Source: Antedon mediterranea (Eukaryota; Animalia; Echinodermata). From it: a stretch of DNA of 64,000 nt. The DNA lies in NCBI RefSeq assembly GCF_964355755.1, contig NC_092679.1, forward strand, positions 20,319,432 through 20,383,431. The letters are read 5' to 3'. The notes beneath the pieces are model-generated. The model did not search any database and was not told where the DNA came from. It saw nothing but the letters and a program-made list of their open reading frames with translations. Within the stretch, counting starts at the first letter, position 1, and the number at the start of each line of letters is the position of its first letter. The position numbers were made by a program, and so were the translations under genes. Positions 22,761-35,763 of the stretch are shown in pieces.

Positions 22761-25700
22761 ATGGTAAGTAGGCCTACAGTTTACCAATAGCAAAAAAATA
22801 GCATCTTTACAACTATATTTGAATCTGATATTCCATTATATTCTCGTCTATTTCGAGTGATGTTACTAGGCATATAGTTTATGTTACCATCGACGTGGGC
22901 CTACAATGTAAAATGATATTTCCTCGGTGTAGGCCTACGTCTAAATAAATGGGTGCTATTCAGGGTGGTGCTAGTTGATTCTGAACTAAGATATTTTAGT
23001 CAATGTAAAGTAAGTATGTATTTTAAAAGTCATTCACTAACCGTTCTCTCTAAATTTGTGTTCCAATTACCCACACATAGGTCTACAAATGTACATCGCA
23101 TGATTCATGTCTAATCTGCCAATGCTTATGACTCGTCGTCATATCATAGGAACTTTGCCTAATGTCATATAAGTCAAACATTTTTTTCATATAGATAATT
23201 GTTATATTACAGGATCATATAGATCAGCGATTTTTAACAGACCTAAGTGAAGACTATGTTGGTTTAAAGTATCGTTGGTTAAGAATGCTTCTGCATGGTA
23301 TTATACCCATTGGATGTTTAGAAGTTAGCACTACAGGACTTGAATTATTCAATGAACTTGTTGAACTTGGAAAGATTTCAAAATCTGATGTAACACTTTT
23401 GTCAGAAGTTGCTGAAACCACTGAACAGACATCGGCAAAAGATCGTATAGTCGATTATAAAAGGACTATACAATGCAGTGAAACATTAGGAACCAGTTTA
23501 ACATCATATCGAAAGGCACTTTTTGAAGCCCTCAGGAATGTTGGGCGTGATGATTTACTAAAGGTTATTGGTTTTTATAAACTTAAAGACCATGGCTTTA
23601 ACAATATATGGGATGTTGTTTTCCACCTTGAGAAACAGGAACTCTTAGAAGATACCATGGAAAAGATCAACATTTTTTCAAATCTACTAAACAAAAAGAC
23701 AGGAAGTAAATTACTAGGTAAATCAGACTCTTACTTAATATAATATACATTTCTGTTTATAAATTAGTGTTATTAGTAAAGTAAGTTTTTAGGGAACTTG
23801 GAGAGTTTAAAAAAAATATTAATCATTTTTTTAATGGAAGTTGGTGAGTTTTAGAGTCCAGTAACCATTGCTATATAATAGCTTGCACATAAATACACTT
23901 TGGTGGAAGATGTCATTCGGGTTTGAAACATTTAAAAAAGTTCTCGTATATATTACAGTATCTTCTCTAAAAATGAACAAATATTATGAAAAACACAAGT
24001 TAAATCATTCTTCTGTTTTCCACAGCTGCTGCTTCCAAGACTCTCGCAATTAGGTAAGAATTAATGATTATTAAAACATGGAATTTTATTTATTATTTCG
24101 GTTTTGTAAACTGTCTTCATCCAATCAGGCCTGTATAAGAAAATAAATTACCACTATTATACTGTATTAAAAACGTTAAATATATTGTAAAAACTTCCCA
24201 AATTTAGAGGAGCAACTGCACCTTCACCTCAAGCAGACTTGGATGGACGGCTAGCTTCACAATCAAAATCAAATCCTCTTTTGGCAGCACCTTCCCAGGA
24301 TTTTCAACAAGAAGAGCTCAGACAAAGAGAGGAAAATAATATTACCAAGAAAAGTGATGTCAGTGGAACAGTATGTTTTGTTTAAATTATTAATTAACTA
24401 ATGCAGCCTATATAATATGTATTTGATCGGTTTATCAGTCTTGACATCTAAATAATTTTCAAAAAAAAAACAACACCGCCTTTCTTTTCCTTCAGTCGAT
24501 TCAAAGTTCTCTGACGTTCACAACATTTTAGGCAGTTTTAAAATTGTTTATAATCATGCTTAGACCATAGATCAAACGCATAGCAGAGTTTGACGTCACT
24601 CATACCGAAACTGAAACAATTGTATGGAAAAACAAACAAATTAGGTTGTTATGAATTGTATTAACTTGTACGTAAATATCTAGTCCAAGCGTCAAACAAT
24701 TCTTCATACACAATGTGTAGATTTGTTTTAAACAAGGTGAAATTATTTTGTAATTTTTATAAGGCCTCTTAAGTTACGGTATACGATATCCACTCGACAT
24801 TATAATTAGTTTAATCAGGGAAAAGTTAAATTACATTTAAATCTTCCCTGGTTTAATTGACATGTGTAACATTGGTATTGACTACGAATCAATCTGGTTA
24901 TTTCTTGACCAAATTCCAAGTAATTATTTCTTTCTTCTGTTTCCTAGTCTGTCTACAGATATTGGCCATTGATAGCACTGAGTATTGTGTTGTTGGCGTT
25001 AGTTGCCAATATATACCCTTATAAAGTTGATGAAATACGACTTCCCCTATTCGAACAGGTAACCACGCCTTCACCACAGCCACACTCTGATGGCATAGAA
25101 CCGGTAGCACAACCAGTTACGGAACCAACCACAAAACCAGTTGGAGCAACCACCGAACCTACGAAATTTATATTGCCATTAACCCCTACAGCGCCCTCAA
25201 GAGACTGGTCGGCGGAAGGGCTCCGACGAATGAGGGAAAATGATCTTAAGAAAAATATGCGTGGAACGGTAAGACCTTTTTACTAGTATTAAAAATATAT
25301 AATATGAAGTATTATCTAAATTAACCAAATTCCTTTCATTCTAATCATTATAGTGAAGCGTAGTCGATTTCTTTCCTGGCCTGGTAATGCCAGCCTAGTA
25401 TATTTTTTAATATGTTTTGCCTTTCACTTTATTATCTTCACCATTGCAGTTACAAAACTGAATTGCAAGTATAAATTTACAATAAATTTGTAAAAAGAAG
25501 ATAAAAAAACCAGTAACAACCTATATATAAATTTGACAGATATGAAGAAATTCCTTAAACCGACCAATGATATTAGAATGAATGTTTTAAACGGTTATTG
25601 TGTACAACAGAACACCAGCAAAGATAAATGATAAATAAATTTGTTTATTTCTTATTTACAATATTATCTAGGATACACCTGCATCATGCGAAAAGAAGGT

Positions 25701-25987
25701 ATTATAACAATAACTAATGCTAATCTGATATACTATTCGTTCAGGTGGTTTTTGTGAATACATATTTGTTTATTTTAATATCACAGGTAAAAGTATACGA
25801 TCGGGAATTCAAGTTTGAAGGTGGCCATGATGTTTTGAGTTATCCCTGGTATTACTCGACCGCTACTGATATCGCAACTGGGACCAAAGCAGAAGCTACG
25901 GGGCATCAGTCAATGGGTGGGGCTAATGCTCATGCTATTGACAACCTGATTTATAAGCTCATGGAACAAAATTCGATTAAAAATTAA
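22761..25987 (+). CDS. Unit 5: DED-DED - linker - TM - Thr/Pro-rich stalk - ALF-like domain (406 aa)
   Basis: Exons 22761-22763 (ATG), 23213-23717, 24026-24053, 24208-24370, 24948-25268 (YWPLIALSIVLLALVANIY TM; TTPSPQP...TEPTTKP...TTEPT stalk) and 25787-25987. 1221 nt in frame. AATAAA at 26165. kB-like GGAATTTCC at 22627. Confidence 0.8.
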
Positions 25988-27990
25988 AACTAAATTCGAT
26001 GAGTCATAATTAGAATGTAGGTTGATTTATTTTTTTCTGAACATTTTTAGTGTTTATGTAATGTGTCATGTACATTGATATTTAAAAAATTATGTAATAG
26101 TACTATACGTATATCATAATGACATACGTCATTGTTATGCATTGTGTGTATTTTAATACTTGATAATAAATAATATTTATAAGTAAAGTAGTCCTTGTTC
26201 GAAATGTAATTGCAGAAGTTTGAGAAAGAGGGAGGGGGTGGGGAGGGAATACGCTATGTCAATGCACATACATTTAATACGGGTCCCAAACTGTTATATA
26301 ATATAACTAAGAAAATACAGTTGTCTGATCTGAATATAAAAACGGGAAAGCTAATAGCATGACAATCAAAAAAATGAATGGACAAAATGACACGTTAAGC
26401 TGTAGAAATATTTGAATACGAATTCATTATTACAGGTGTAACATATTGGGACTGTTCGTAAGTAAACAGAGCAGTAACGTGTGATCGACAAAGACATAAA
26501 CGCATATATGGCGTAATGACCAATAAAAAGCATTCCAATGTAAGGCTCATTGTCACAGTACGCATGCGTATAATGCGTCTGGTATACGATGGTCATTGCG
26601 GAGGACTTTATGGGAGGTAACACATTACGCCGTACAAAATGTAAGTAGTAACCTGTTATTCCATCAGTCTCGTGATGGGCCTAGGTGTTGTAGTCTAGAT
26701 TGTTTCATTGAAATTCAAAATGTTATTGTATTATTTAAATTTGCATACAGTACTATTTGTTACGGTGAGTTGTACTCCTGTTTACTATACATACCCGTAC
26801 CCGCGCGGGATAGGCCGGCCCTATACGATCGTGTTGCGCGTGAGTGACATGCTGGGAGTAGGAGGCCTACACATTGTCCACACACGCGAGTCTAACGGTA
26901 ATGGATATATTTGCACGATATAACAAATATGGATGTATGCTTTTTAGTATCAATTTGTTTTTATAAAATGTATTTCTATATAATGTATATGTAAAGGCGC
27001 GGCACCTTATCGTGTTGATACAAAATAATATACAAACATATACATTTCCTTTGACACACTGTCCAAATCGTGAACTATGATTAATTTGAAGTTGAATCTT
27101 TCACCCAACACGTACTGAAAATACGGGAACATGATTTATTATTATTTAATAGAACATTAAAATTCAAAATCGTAATCGATTATATAAATTCGTTTTACTT
27201 TATGAGGTAACTTATTATATGTGGCTGATGTATGCAAAGTTTTTCATTTCTATACAGATTTAAATGCCGACCAAATTGATTATAATAGTTGTTACGGTAA
27301 CATACACGTTTTCTAAGCGAAAGGTCACATGTTTGAATTATTTTAGTTGATTAATTTATCTCTGTTTTAATAGAGTTTGGTTAAAAGAACTTCATTTGAC
27401 AATACACATGAACGGCTGAGAGCTAATTTCAAAGTTGACTTCCGTGCGCGTACTTCCGCGTACACTTTTCATCCACAATTGAACGCGCGTGTCACTTTTG
27501 TGCGTATCTGGAGTGTTATATCGAATTGTGTACGCGCGCGTAACAACTTTGTTACTGTTTGTTATAACAAATTATGTTATATCGATCATTTGAACTATTG
27601 CATGCGGCCCAATTCCTGAGAATGGTTATTTAAGAAAGATTATATGAGAAATATAATACTGTATCATCACACCACCGTATGTGACTATCACACATCTTTA
27701 ACGCGCACCCATTCCGATCTTTTTAACGCTGTTTTATGACGTGTTTTACGCGCACCCATTCTATGCTTTTAACGTTGTTTCTATGACGTGTATGTTTATG
27801 TGCTAGCTGTAAAAAGATTTGATTTCACTTAGTATGGCAACTCTTTAAGATGCCCAGCGCTCGTTTAAAGTGACGAAACCTCATTCGGATAATCCGTTGT
27901 CCACGTACGGATTAGATTATAAAACATGTAACGCCTTCATTTCAAACAGTTCTGACGTATTTAAAATAGCATAGATATACCATTGCGTTA

Positions 27991-28121
27991 AGATCTGTCT
28001 ACACTATCAAACTTTGCCTATAACTGTGCCCATATATGGACATGATGATGTCATATAGGCATATCACCACCATATTTGGGCACATCACAGTTTTTGTCAA
28101 ACTAGATTGATAGACAGAGCT
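27991..28121. mobile_element. MITE family A copy (PIF/Harbinger-type)
   Basis: TIR ag(c)tctgtctacactatcaaac...gatag..gacagagct, TTA target duplication, internal catatcac.accatatttggg unit. Confidence 0.8.
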
Positions 28122-29771
28122 TTACAAAAATCTGACACGTGCGTTTAAATACTGATGGATAACACAGTTTTGTACGCGCGCGTATGTCAACTACATTACG
28201 ATTTATTTTTCCAACGATATGAATATTTTATGGTTTTGTCGTGCGACGTATCAACTCATCGTCTCTACTTGATGACGTCACCCATAATTTATTATGACAT
28301 TTTTTCAGAATGTTTATATTTTGATAAATGAGAGTAACTGTAAGGTTGTAAACGATAATTAAACGCATCCTAAAGATATATTGTTGATATTCTATATTTT
28401 ATATTATTAAGCCCTTGTTGTTCAATCTATACAAAGCCTGGCTTTATATTATCACCTGTTCTTATAATTACTTTATTATTCGATCAAGAATTAAGTCAAC
28501 GTTTGTGGGTCATGTCAGATAAAAGATCATATTTTGTAATTTTTTCTTTTGTTATACTTTTCTATATAAACTCTTCCTTTATACTATCACCTGCTTTATA
28601 AGCAAAAGTTATAAGTCGCTACGTGGTTCGAGTCAGATATAAACAGAAATATATCATCAATCAATCACCGCTGATTGTTAAAAAACGGAAGATGCTTAGG
28701 TTAGTAGTTGCTCGAACGAACATAAATATAACACATTGAAGTACTAGTGAGGCGCGGTCCGCTGGGTCGTAAATGGGGGAACCCCACGTGCCTGTGAAGA
28801 GAGTCTATCCAAAGACACCGAGCTCGCCTTGTCAAGATAGGAACTCGTAACAATCCTTTGACCTTATGTCTGGTTGCGACAAATGCCATCAATACAATAC
28901 TGTAGGCCTACAATGTACATATTCTCCGCGGCGCGCGGTGTCTGTTAAGCGACGTCGAACTGATCATGTCGATGCCACAGATAAACCCTTTGATCTTCGG
29001 AGCTCATTCCTGTTGTTAGGTCCATCCTATCTGTTTACTATCCAATAGACAAATTAACTTTGAATTCAAGTGACGGAAATATTTTACAGGTTATCAATAC
29101 ATTTTTGTAATAAATATCATGATCTGATATGATTATCATGTAAGGTCTGTTAAAGCGAAAAAACGGTATGGATAATTAACTTAATTTAAAAAATTCCCAA
29201 TTGCTCTTGACAGAAACATTTACCTTGTGAATTGTTTAAAGAGATGACATTTATGTGAATAATGACATTTATGAGCACTGTATGTGGGAGAAAAGAGACT
29301 CGTAACAACATTATATACAAGGCTAGAAGCGTCGTTCGTTAACGGTATCGATGTGGCATATTACGCGCTAAAATTATCGACGATTTTTAACAGACAATGT
29401 TTGCTTTGACACTACCGTTCCTTGTTCTTTGCCGTATTAGATCGGTTACGGTAATGTTGTGATTTATATAGCGCTTATACAATCAAAAGATTGTACGCCT
29501 ACCATGCTACCATCCTGTACGGTATCATGTCTAGCGACAATAAACACCACGGGAAGTTTCTTTTCTACACACTACAACCTTTCTCCCACATGGCTTACTG
29601 ACAGTATACATTTCCTCCTTTTTTCAAATAAGTTATGTTAATGAGTGGGTGAAGATTTCGACTATTTTTCCTCCATTCAAACAAAAATTACAGTATTTAA
29701 GGAGGTGGTTACCTTTGCTACATAATATTTCACTCGCATAGATTATTAATTACGATTTTTACAGCTCACTA

Positions 29772-29817
29772 TGTCGGTCGGTCTGTCGGTTGGTCGGTCG
29801 GTCTGTCGGTTGATCGG
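29772..29817. repeat. (GTCG/GGTC)n imperfect microsatellite
   Basis: tgtcggtcggtctgtcggttggtcggtcggtctgtcggttgatcgg. Confidence 0.8.
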
Positions 29818-30423
29818 TAAACACTAACTCGAGCACGCGACTGCAGCCCGGTGTATATGGCCTTGTTATTTTGAATAGGACGATGTTTTTCTCTTATTAT
29901 ACTTGGCATCGTGCGAACGTCCTTAATAATCAAACCATCTAAATCGTATTCATTTATTTGGAGTGTGACCACCTAAGTAATTTCGAGAATATTAGAAATT
30001 TGTAATCCATAACAAACGCTGTATTCCGTGCTTCTTGTCCATGGCATTTGGCGTGATAAATGTCACTCGAAGATAAATTGCAGAATTAGACCAAAATCCT
30101 TAAAGCTTGTCATTTTCTATTTCATTAAGAAAATCACGCTGAATTGTGATTTTGCGTGTGGAAGTCCTATTACTTTTATTGCCTTGATGCCTACTACGAT
30201 GTGTATATTTATTACCGAATTTTCTACACTTTTTATTATATATATATTTTAGAGGTCAATGGATTTTATTTAATTACCTGGATCTGTTGAAACTACTCAC
30301 TGATTCTATAATTAACTATTAATTCGTTCATTTGTGCTATCAGTCATTAATCTGCAGCTCAGCTTGAGATTTGCATTATTCTTGAAAATACGGTTTGATT
30401 AATTTGGATGTGCTAGATTTTTT

Positions 30424-30623
30424 TCCACTGGATATAGTAAACAGGAAGGATCTATATCTGGACTTTCTGATCAAATTTGACAAACCTATTATTAGAGTTT
30501 TAACAAATCTGTGCCAACAGTAGAACTAAATACAGTAAAGGATATGATGAAATCAAAACTAGGCCTTAATTTGATCAGAATGTTCAAAATGTACATTCTT
30601 CCTGTTTACTATATCTAGTAGAA
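30424..30623. repeat. Small foldback / degenerate MITE
   Basis: ttccactggatatagtaaacaggaag (30424) is the inverse of cttcctgtttactatatctagtagaa (ending 30623). Inner inverted pair ttctgatcaaatt / aatttgatcagaa. Confidence 0.6.
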
Positions 30624-33600
30624 TCAATTCTACTATTAGATACACTGTAAGTATAAAAGTAAACTTGCCCCAAGTCTGTAGTTATTTCGAGGATTTTCGA
30701 TGTTTCTTTGAAATACAAATACAGTTTACAAGCTCAAGTAGTTTACGTATGAAACGTTATTTGGGCCAACATATTTACCTTTTTATTAGTATTCAGTCAA
30801 AACTCCCTCTAGAACCCAGACTAGTATAGGCCTATAAGAGGTAAATATTATTCAAAATAGATTAACTAGGTATAAACGAGAACAAGATAAAGAGAGGAAT
30901 GATGAGCAGAGGAGAATAACAGATTTGAGAAGAAACAACGAAATAAGTAATTCTGGTTTTTTTTTGCTACTGACGGAAATAGGCACATCAACCATATCAC
31001 ACATGTGCTAAAGTTACCTAGCTTAACAGAATCAATGGTATAGGCAATAATATAGGTCTTGGTACCATCGGTATGTGATACGGCACTACTCCAATCTCAA
31101 GAACTCATCATCCATCCACAGTACACCCACCCGAAACAATATTTCTTCAATATATACAGTTATATTACTTAAACGCTGAACATGTTTAGATGGAAGATGA
31201 AGAGGCGATCTTATGGTCGATGTGGAGCAACTATAATCAGACAATCACCGCTTTACAATTAGCTGCATGGTGATAATTAACATCTCAATCTTTGCTTGCG
31301 TCCATCAATTATCGCCCGCTTTCGGTAGAATTCTTCTCGAACAAGAACTAATGATCCTAAGCTCAGAGTATACGTCTACAAATAATGCACTTTAAAGATA
31401 TTTTGTGGGGCTTGACTGGTAAATTGAGTGAATTGAACATTTTAATAATTTCGAATTAAAAGTATAAATCAGATATGAAATGCCACAATCGACAAAATAT
31501 TAACACATGAACGTAGGCCTACTCCGAAAGTGAAGCTTGTATTTTCTATAACTTAGTTTTTGGCACTTTTTCATTCGACCATGATCAGTAGTTAGTTATC
31601 GGATATTGTATACCCTGGTACATTGAACAACCCCACAGAGGTATAGTTAAAATGAAAAGAGGATGTTCGATTCGATATTGGAAGATATCGCTCCGGTCTG
31701 GAAACATGAATTCGTCTAAATACCGACAATACCTGATGAACCGATAAACAAAAAAAAAAAAAATCCTCCCTCAGTCTCACCAACAACCTAGGCCTACTCC
31801 TTCCCCAGCTTCGTTGTTTTCATTTAATTATTTCTGACAGCATTCGCCTTCCATACAACAACACATTATGCCTGTATTGCAAGTGTCTAATCTCGCTCGA
31901 ATTTTAAAAGTGATGATCAATCCAGCTGGTCATTTTGACACTCAGCTAGGAATGCCTAGGCCCATAGCCAGCATTCCAATATCTGCTAACTACTCATCTT
32001 TATATCATCTTAATATGTTTTTTCTAGAAAGGTATTCGATTAAAAAAGCGCGAATATCCTACCCTTGGTGAAGGTGGCAGACTATAACCGGTTGTGTTCT
32101 TATTGAAGGAATGGTTAACGAAATGTTCCCAATGAACATAAATTAGGTTAGGTTTCCTTAATTATTCGTTGAAAGTGGACCTAAAATGGATTTTCGATTT
32201 CCAAGAAATTCACATGTGTCATGTTATTTAAATGTATCAAAACACACTCCCATACAAATTAAAACAAAATGTATAGGCCCTAGTATTTTAAGAAAAAAAA
32301 CCCGACATTTTAAGATACTTTTGTAAATTAGCGAAAAATAAATTACAATATTCTATTGCAACGGCCGTCGGGAGCATCTATATACACGACATCTTGTACA
32401 CCAGAGACAACGTTTTGAGGACACTAATATAATATAAATTGAAGTTAATAGAGACGATTGTTATATCTTATATAAATGTAATTTCTATTCTAAGGGGTAT
32501 TTCAGACATGTGTTTATATTCTTGGCTTTTTTCTGCTATGCGATTGTCACGATATACTTTTTCTACTTCTAATTTCGATCCCTGTTATTTTCATAAATTT
32601 ATAATAAATTGCTTTGTAATATTTGGACTGTTTTGAAATAAAGTCCATCCATTCATTCACATTTAATTAGTCATTGTTTACAACTTTTACAATTACAGTA
32701 TATAATTGATGGCAGGGATCCATGCATAAAGAAATTTACAATTCTGTTTTTGCATGTGAACATATAAAAAAACCCTTTATAATAATGTTTCTGGGTAATT
32801 TGAACTGATTTTAAATTCTTCTTCTTCCCTATAAATTTATTTACACAGCAAATAGGCCAGCGGCCCGAAGTACATATTAAATACACAAAACAGAAGCAAA
32901 ATGAATTATTTCTTTTTAAAGGCACAACAAATGTAGATTATGTAGATATGAATATGAGTAATATTTCTGAAAGCCATTCAATTAATGAACTTACTTTTAG
33001 AAGGGAAATTATAAAACGAAACTGATAATAACTCCTGACGTAACTCATTCAGTTAGGCCTATAGGTAATTAAAGCAGAGTTCTCTATTTTAATTAATTAA
33101 ACTCAGTTAAACTTGGATCGATCGACGACTGTATGTACTATTGTTATTTAAGATAATTAGACTATTCCTATTTTTAAAATTAAAAAAAAAGATGTTTTAT
33201 TGAAATTTGCATACTTTTTATTTTGGATAAATTATTTCGAACAGAGTTTCATCACAAATTACAACAAAATTTCATCATAAGTAATTTGGTCATTTTCAAG
33301 GAAAACAGAACTTCAAATCACTGATGCCCATGCTACATAAATCACAGACGCATCCTAGAATTCTATTAAATTAACACCATACAACATAATCCAATGATTG
33401 AAAACGTCTGTCTGCAAATCAATAACTCATCCTCACTCAATCCCAATGTGCAAGTCACGTCCAAAACCAACACATTTGATAGCTAAACCTGACACGCGGT
33501 AATATCCACTCTTCGGCGCGCGAACCCGTGAAATGATAGTCTGCGAAATAAACGAGACAGTCTCGAGCCTGCAGGTATTTCTTAAGTTTAGGCTGCCGAC

Positions 33601-33799
33601 GACAAGACACAAACTTTACTAGATCATACTTTTTACTATAGATATATTATTATATCTAAACAATTACTGCCAGCGGCTTGACACGCTCAGACGACAGCTT
33701 ACCGCAAACTGGCGCGGAAAGATAAATAGATAGGCAAAAATAAGTGTTCCCACTTAATAGGAGTTTTACTGTATTTTCATAAACCGTCGCGATGCTCAA

Positions 33800-33925
33800 A
33801 GCTTGGTTTCCACCTGAACGCAACGCAAGTACGTAATTTGACCAGTCACAATGCGATGGATCATCCAAACTTGTCGCTTGTGATTGGTCCACTCTGTTGC
33901 GTTGCGTCCGGGTGGGAACAAAGCT
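33800..33925. mobile_element. MITE family B copy
   Basis: agcttggtttccacc.gaacgcaacgcaag ... gcgttgcgtccgggtgggaacaaagct. Palindromic interior tgacca.tcacaa.gcga / tcgcttgtgattggtc. Confidence 0.75.
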
Positions 33926-35610
33926 TTAAGGTGTTTATACTCTTCCCTCCTCGGCTCCTCCTTCTCATAATTTCACACACCTTCAAAGGTGAATGCCACC
34001 ACAGTTATGTATTAGAAATTCGGTGGTTAATGATTTGAAGCGATTGAAAACTATAGTCATGGAATGGATGTGTGAATGTAATGGCATAAGGGAATTTGGT
34101 TTACATATTTCTCCTGTTAATGTTTCAGGTTCAATTTCCATTTCATAATGATAAGGTAAAAGACATCATCCAATTATTCCAAAATCACACAAAAGGTTAA
34201 TCTATACAGTTAATTTATTTTAACAAACACGATAATAAATAATGAACTTTTCATTTATAATACTATATTCTCATTTCTGTCGCTTCTTGACGGATTTATA
34301 TTTTCCTCCTCCTGTTTAACATCAGTGACGAAACGCGCGCGTGCATTTTACGAGATGCGCGCGTTAAAATGTTAGTGACGTCAAAAGGAGGATCCACTGC
34401 GACGCGCGCGTACAAATGTTAGTGAAGACAGGAACAACCACTTTGACGCGCGCGTTTAAATTGTGATGATAACGATACAGCTTTTGCACGCACGTGTCAA
34501 CTTATGTCACTTATGTCAGTGATATAATGACAATCCACAATATTATCTCTTAAACCAAAACGTTTTGTTTTAGTCTAATTGAGTAATTTGTCAGTTTGAT
34601 GTAGTATTTCATTAACTAAGTGTGTAAGATATCTTCCTTCATCATACAAACTTTTCAAAAAGCTTAAAAATATTTCTTTTGTGTATTGTTACCGAGGTTG
34701 TTTAGAGGTTTTTTTTCCTTTAAAATTTTAATACACTAATACTCTTATGACGGCCTTATCAAAGTGTTTATTTTGCATAAAAAATGCATTTTCGTCATTT
34801 TCAAAAGAGGACCCATGGCTATTGAAAATTAAAATGTTGGTAATAATTTATAAATTATCGGATGTTTTAACTGAAATCGAACATTACTAGCTGCATGTAA
34901 AGTTCCGTGATGACAACTTGTGTGAATTATGTATACAGCGGCCTTCGTGGTAAATTGCAGTAAGGTAACTTTTTTTTATGTATAAATAAAAAAGTAATAA
35001 AATGATTTTGAAAAGTAGGAGACAATAGTAAAAGTAAATAGTAAAAGTAAATAGTAAAAGTTTTTGGATTAATTAGGCTCTGTCATGGAATAATGCAATT
35101 TTTTGAAAACAATGTGACTCATTCAGCATACTTAAATATTTAATTTTATATAATAAAATTAATTAATTTTAACTCGTACGCTTTTGTTTTTAAAATATAA
35201 TGCTAACGGACCTATGGAACGCCCTTTGTACGAGGATGTAGGCCTACTATTTAATTGGTCTTTTCTTTTTTTATGTCATCTATAATGGTATTCACTCGAA
35301 TATATTTCATCACACCGATTCCGAAATTGAAATATTATGCGCTCAATTCGATCGGTTAATTTCCGACCTAAAAAAATTGATAAAAAATAACATATGTTAG
35401 TCACAATTCACTTGTTTTTCATAAGGAATATGATACAAAACTGATGAGTTAAATATTGTATTTTAATGACAATAGACACGTGACTATGGTGATAGTAAGA
35501 CAATTTGTATAAATGTACTGTCAATAGAACTTCAGAAGTATCACTACCAGAAAATACTGCCCATGCAGACCTACTGGCCGTCGCGACGAACCAGGGAAGA
35601 CTAAATGTTA

Positions 35611-35763
35611 AGCCTTGTCTACACTATCAAACCTTAATTGACAAAAAATATATCCATATATGGACATGATGATGTCATATCACTACCATATTTGGGAATA
35701 TCACTACCATATTTTGGCACATGAAACTTTTTGTCAAACTAGTTTGATAGTGTAGACAGAGCT
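35611..35763. mobile_element. MITE family A copy
   Basis: tgtctacactatcaaac / gtttgatagtgtagacagagct TIRs, TTA on both sides, two internal tatcactaccatatt units. Confidence 0.85.

Noticed and set aside
2257-23717. Calling the DED genes caspase-8, cFLIP or FADD
   Set aside because: No caspase domain (no QACxG or pseudo-site) and no death domain found. Downstream exons encode TM/MAM/CUB/ALF-like modules instead.
26436-26640. Candidate exon with acceptor/donor downstream of unit 5
   Set aside because: Stops in all frames, lies beyond the polyA signal, and shows no similarity to cluster modules.
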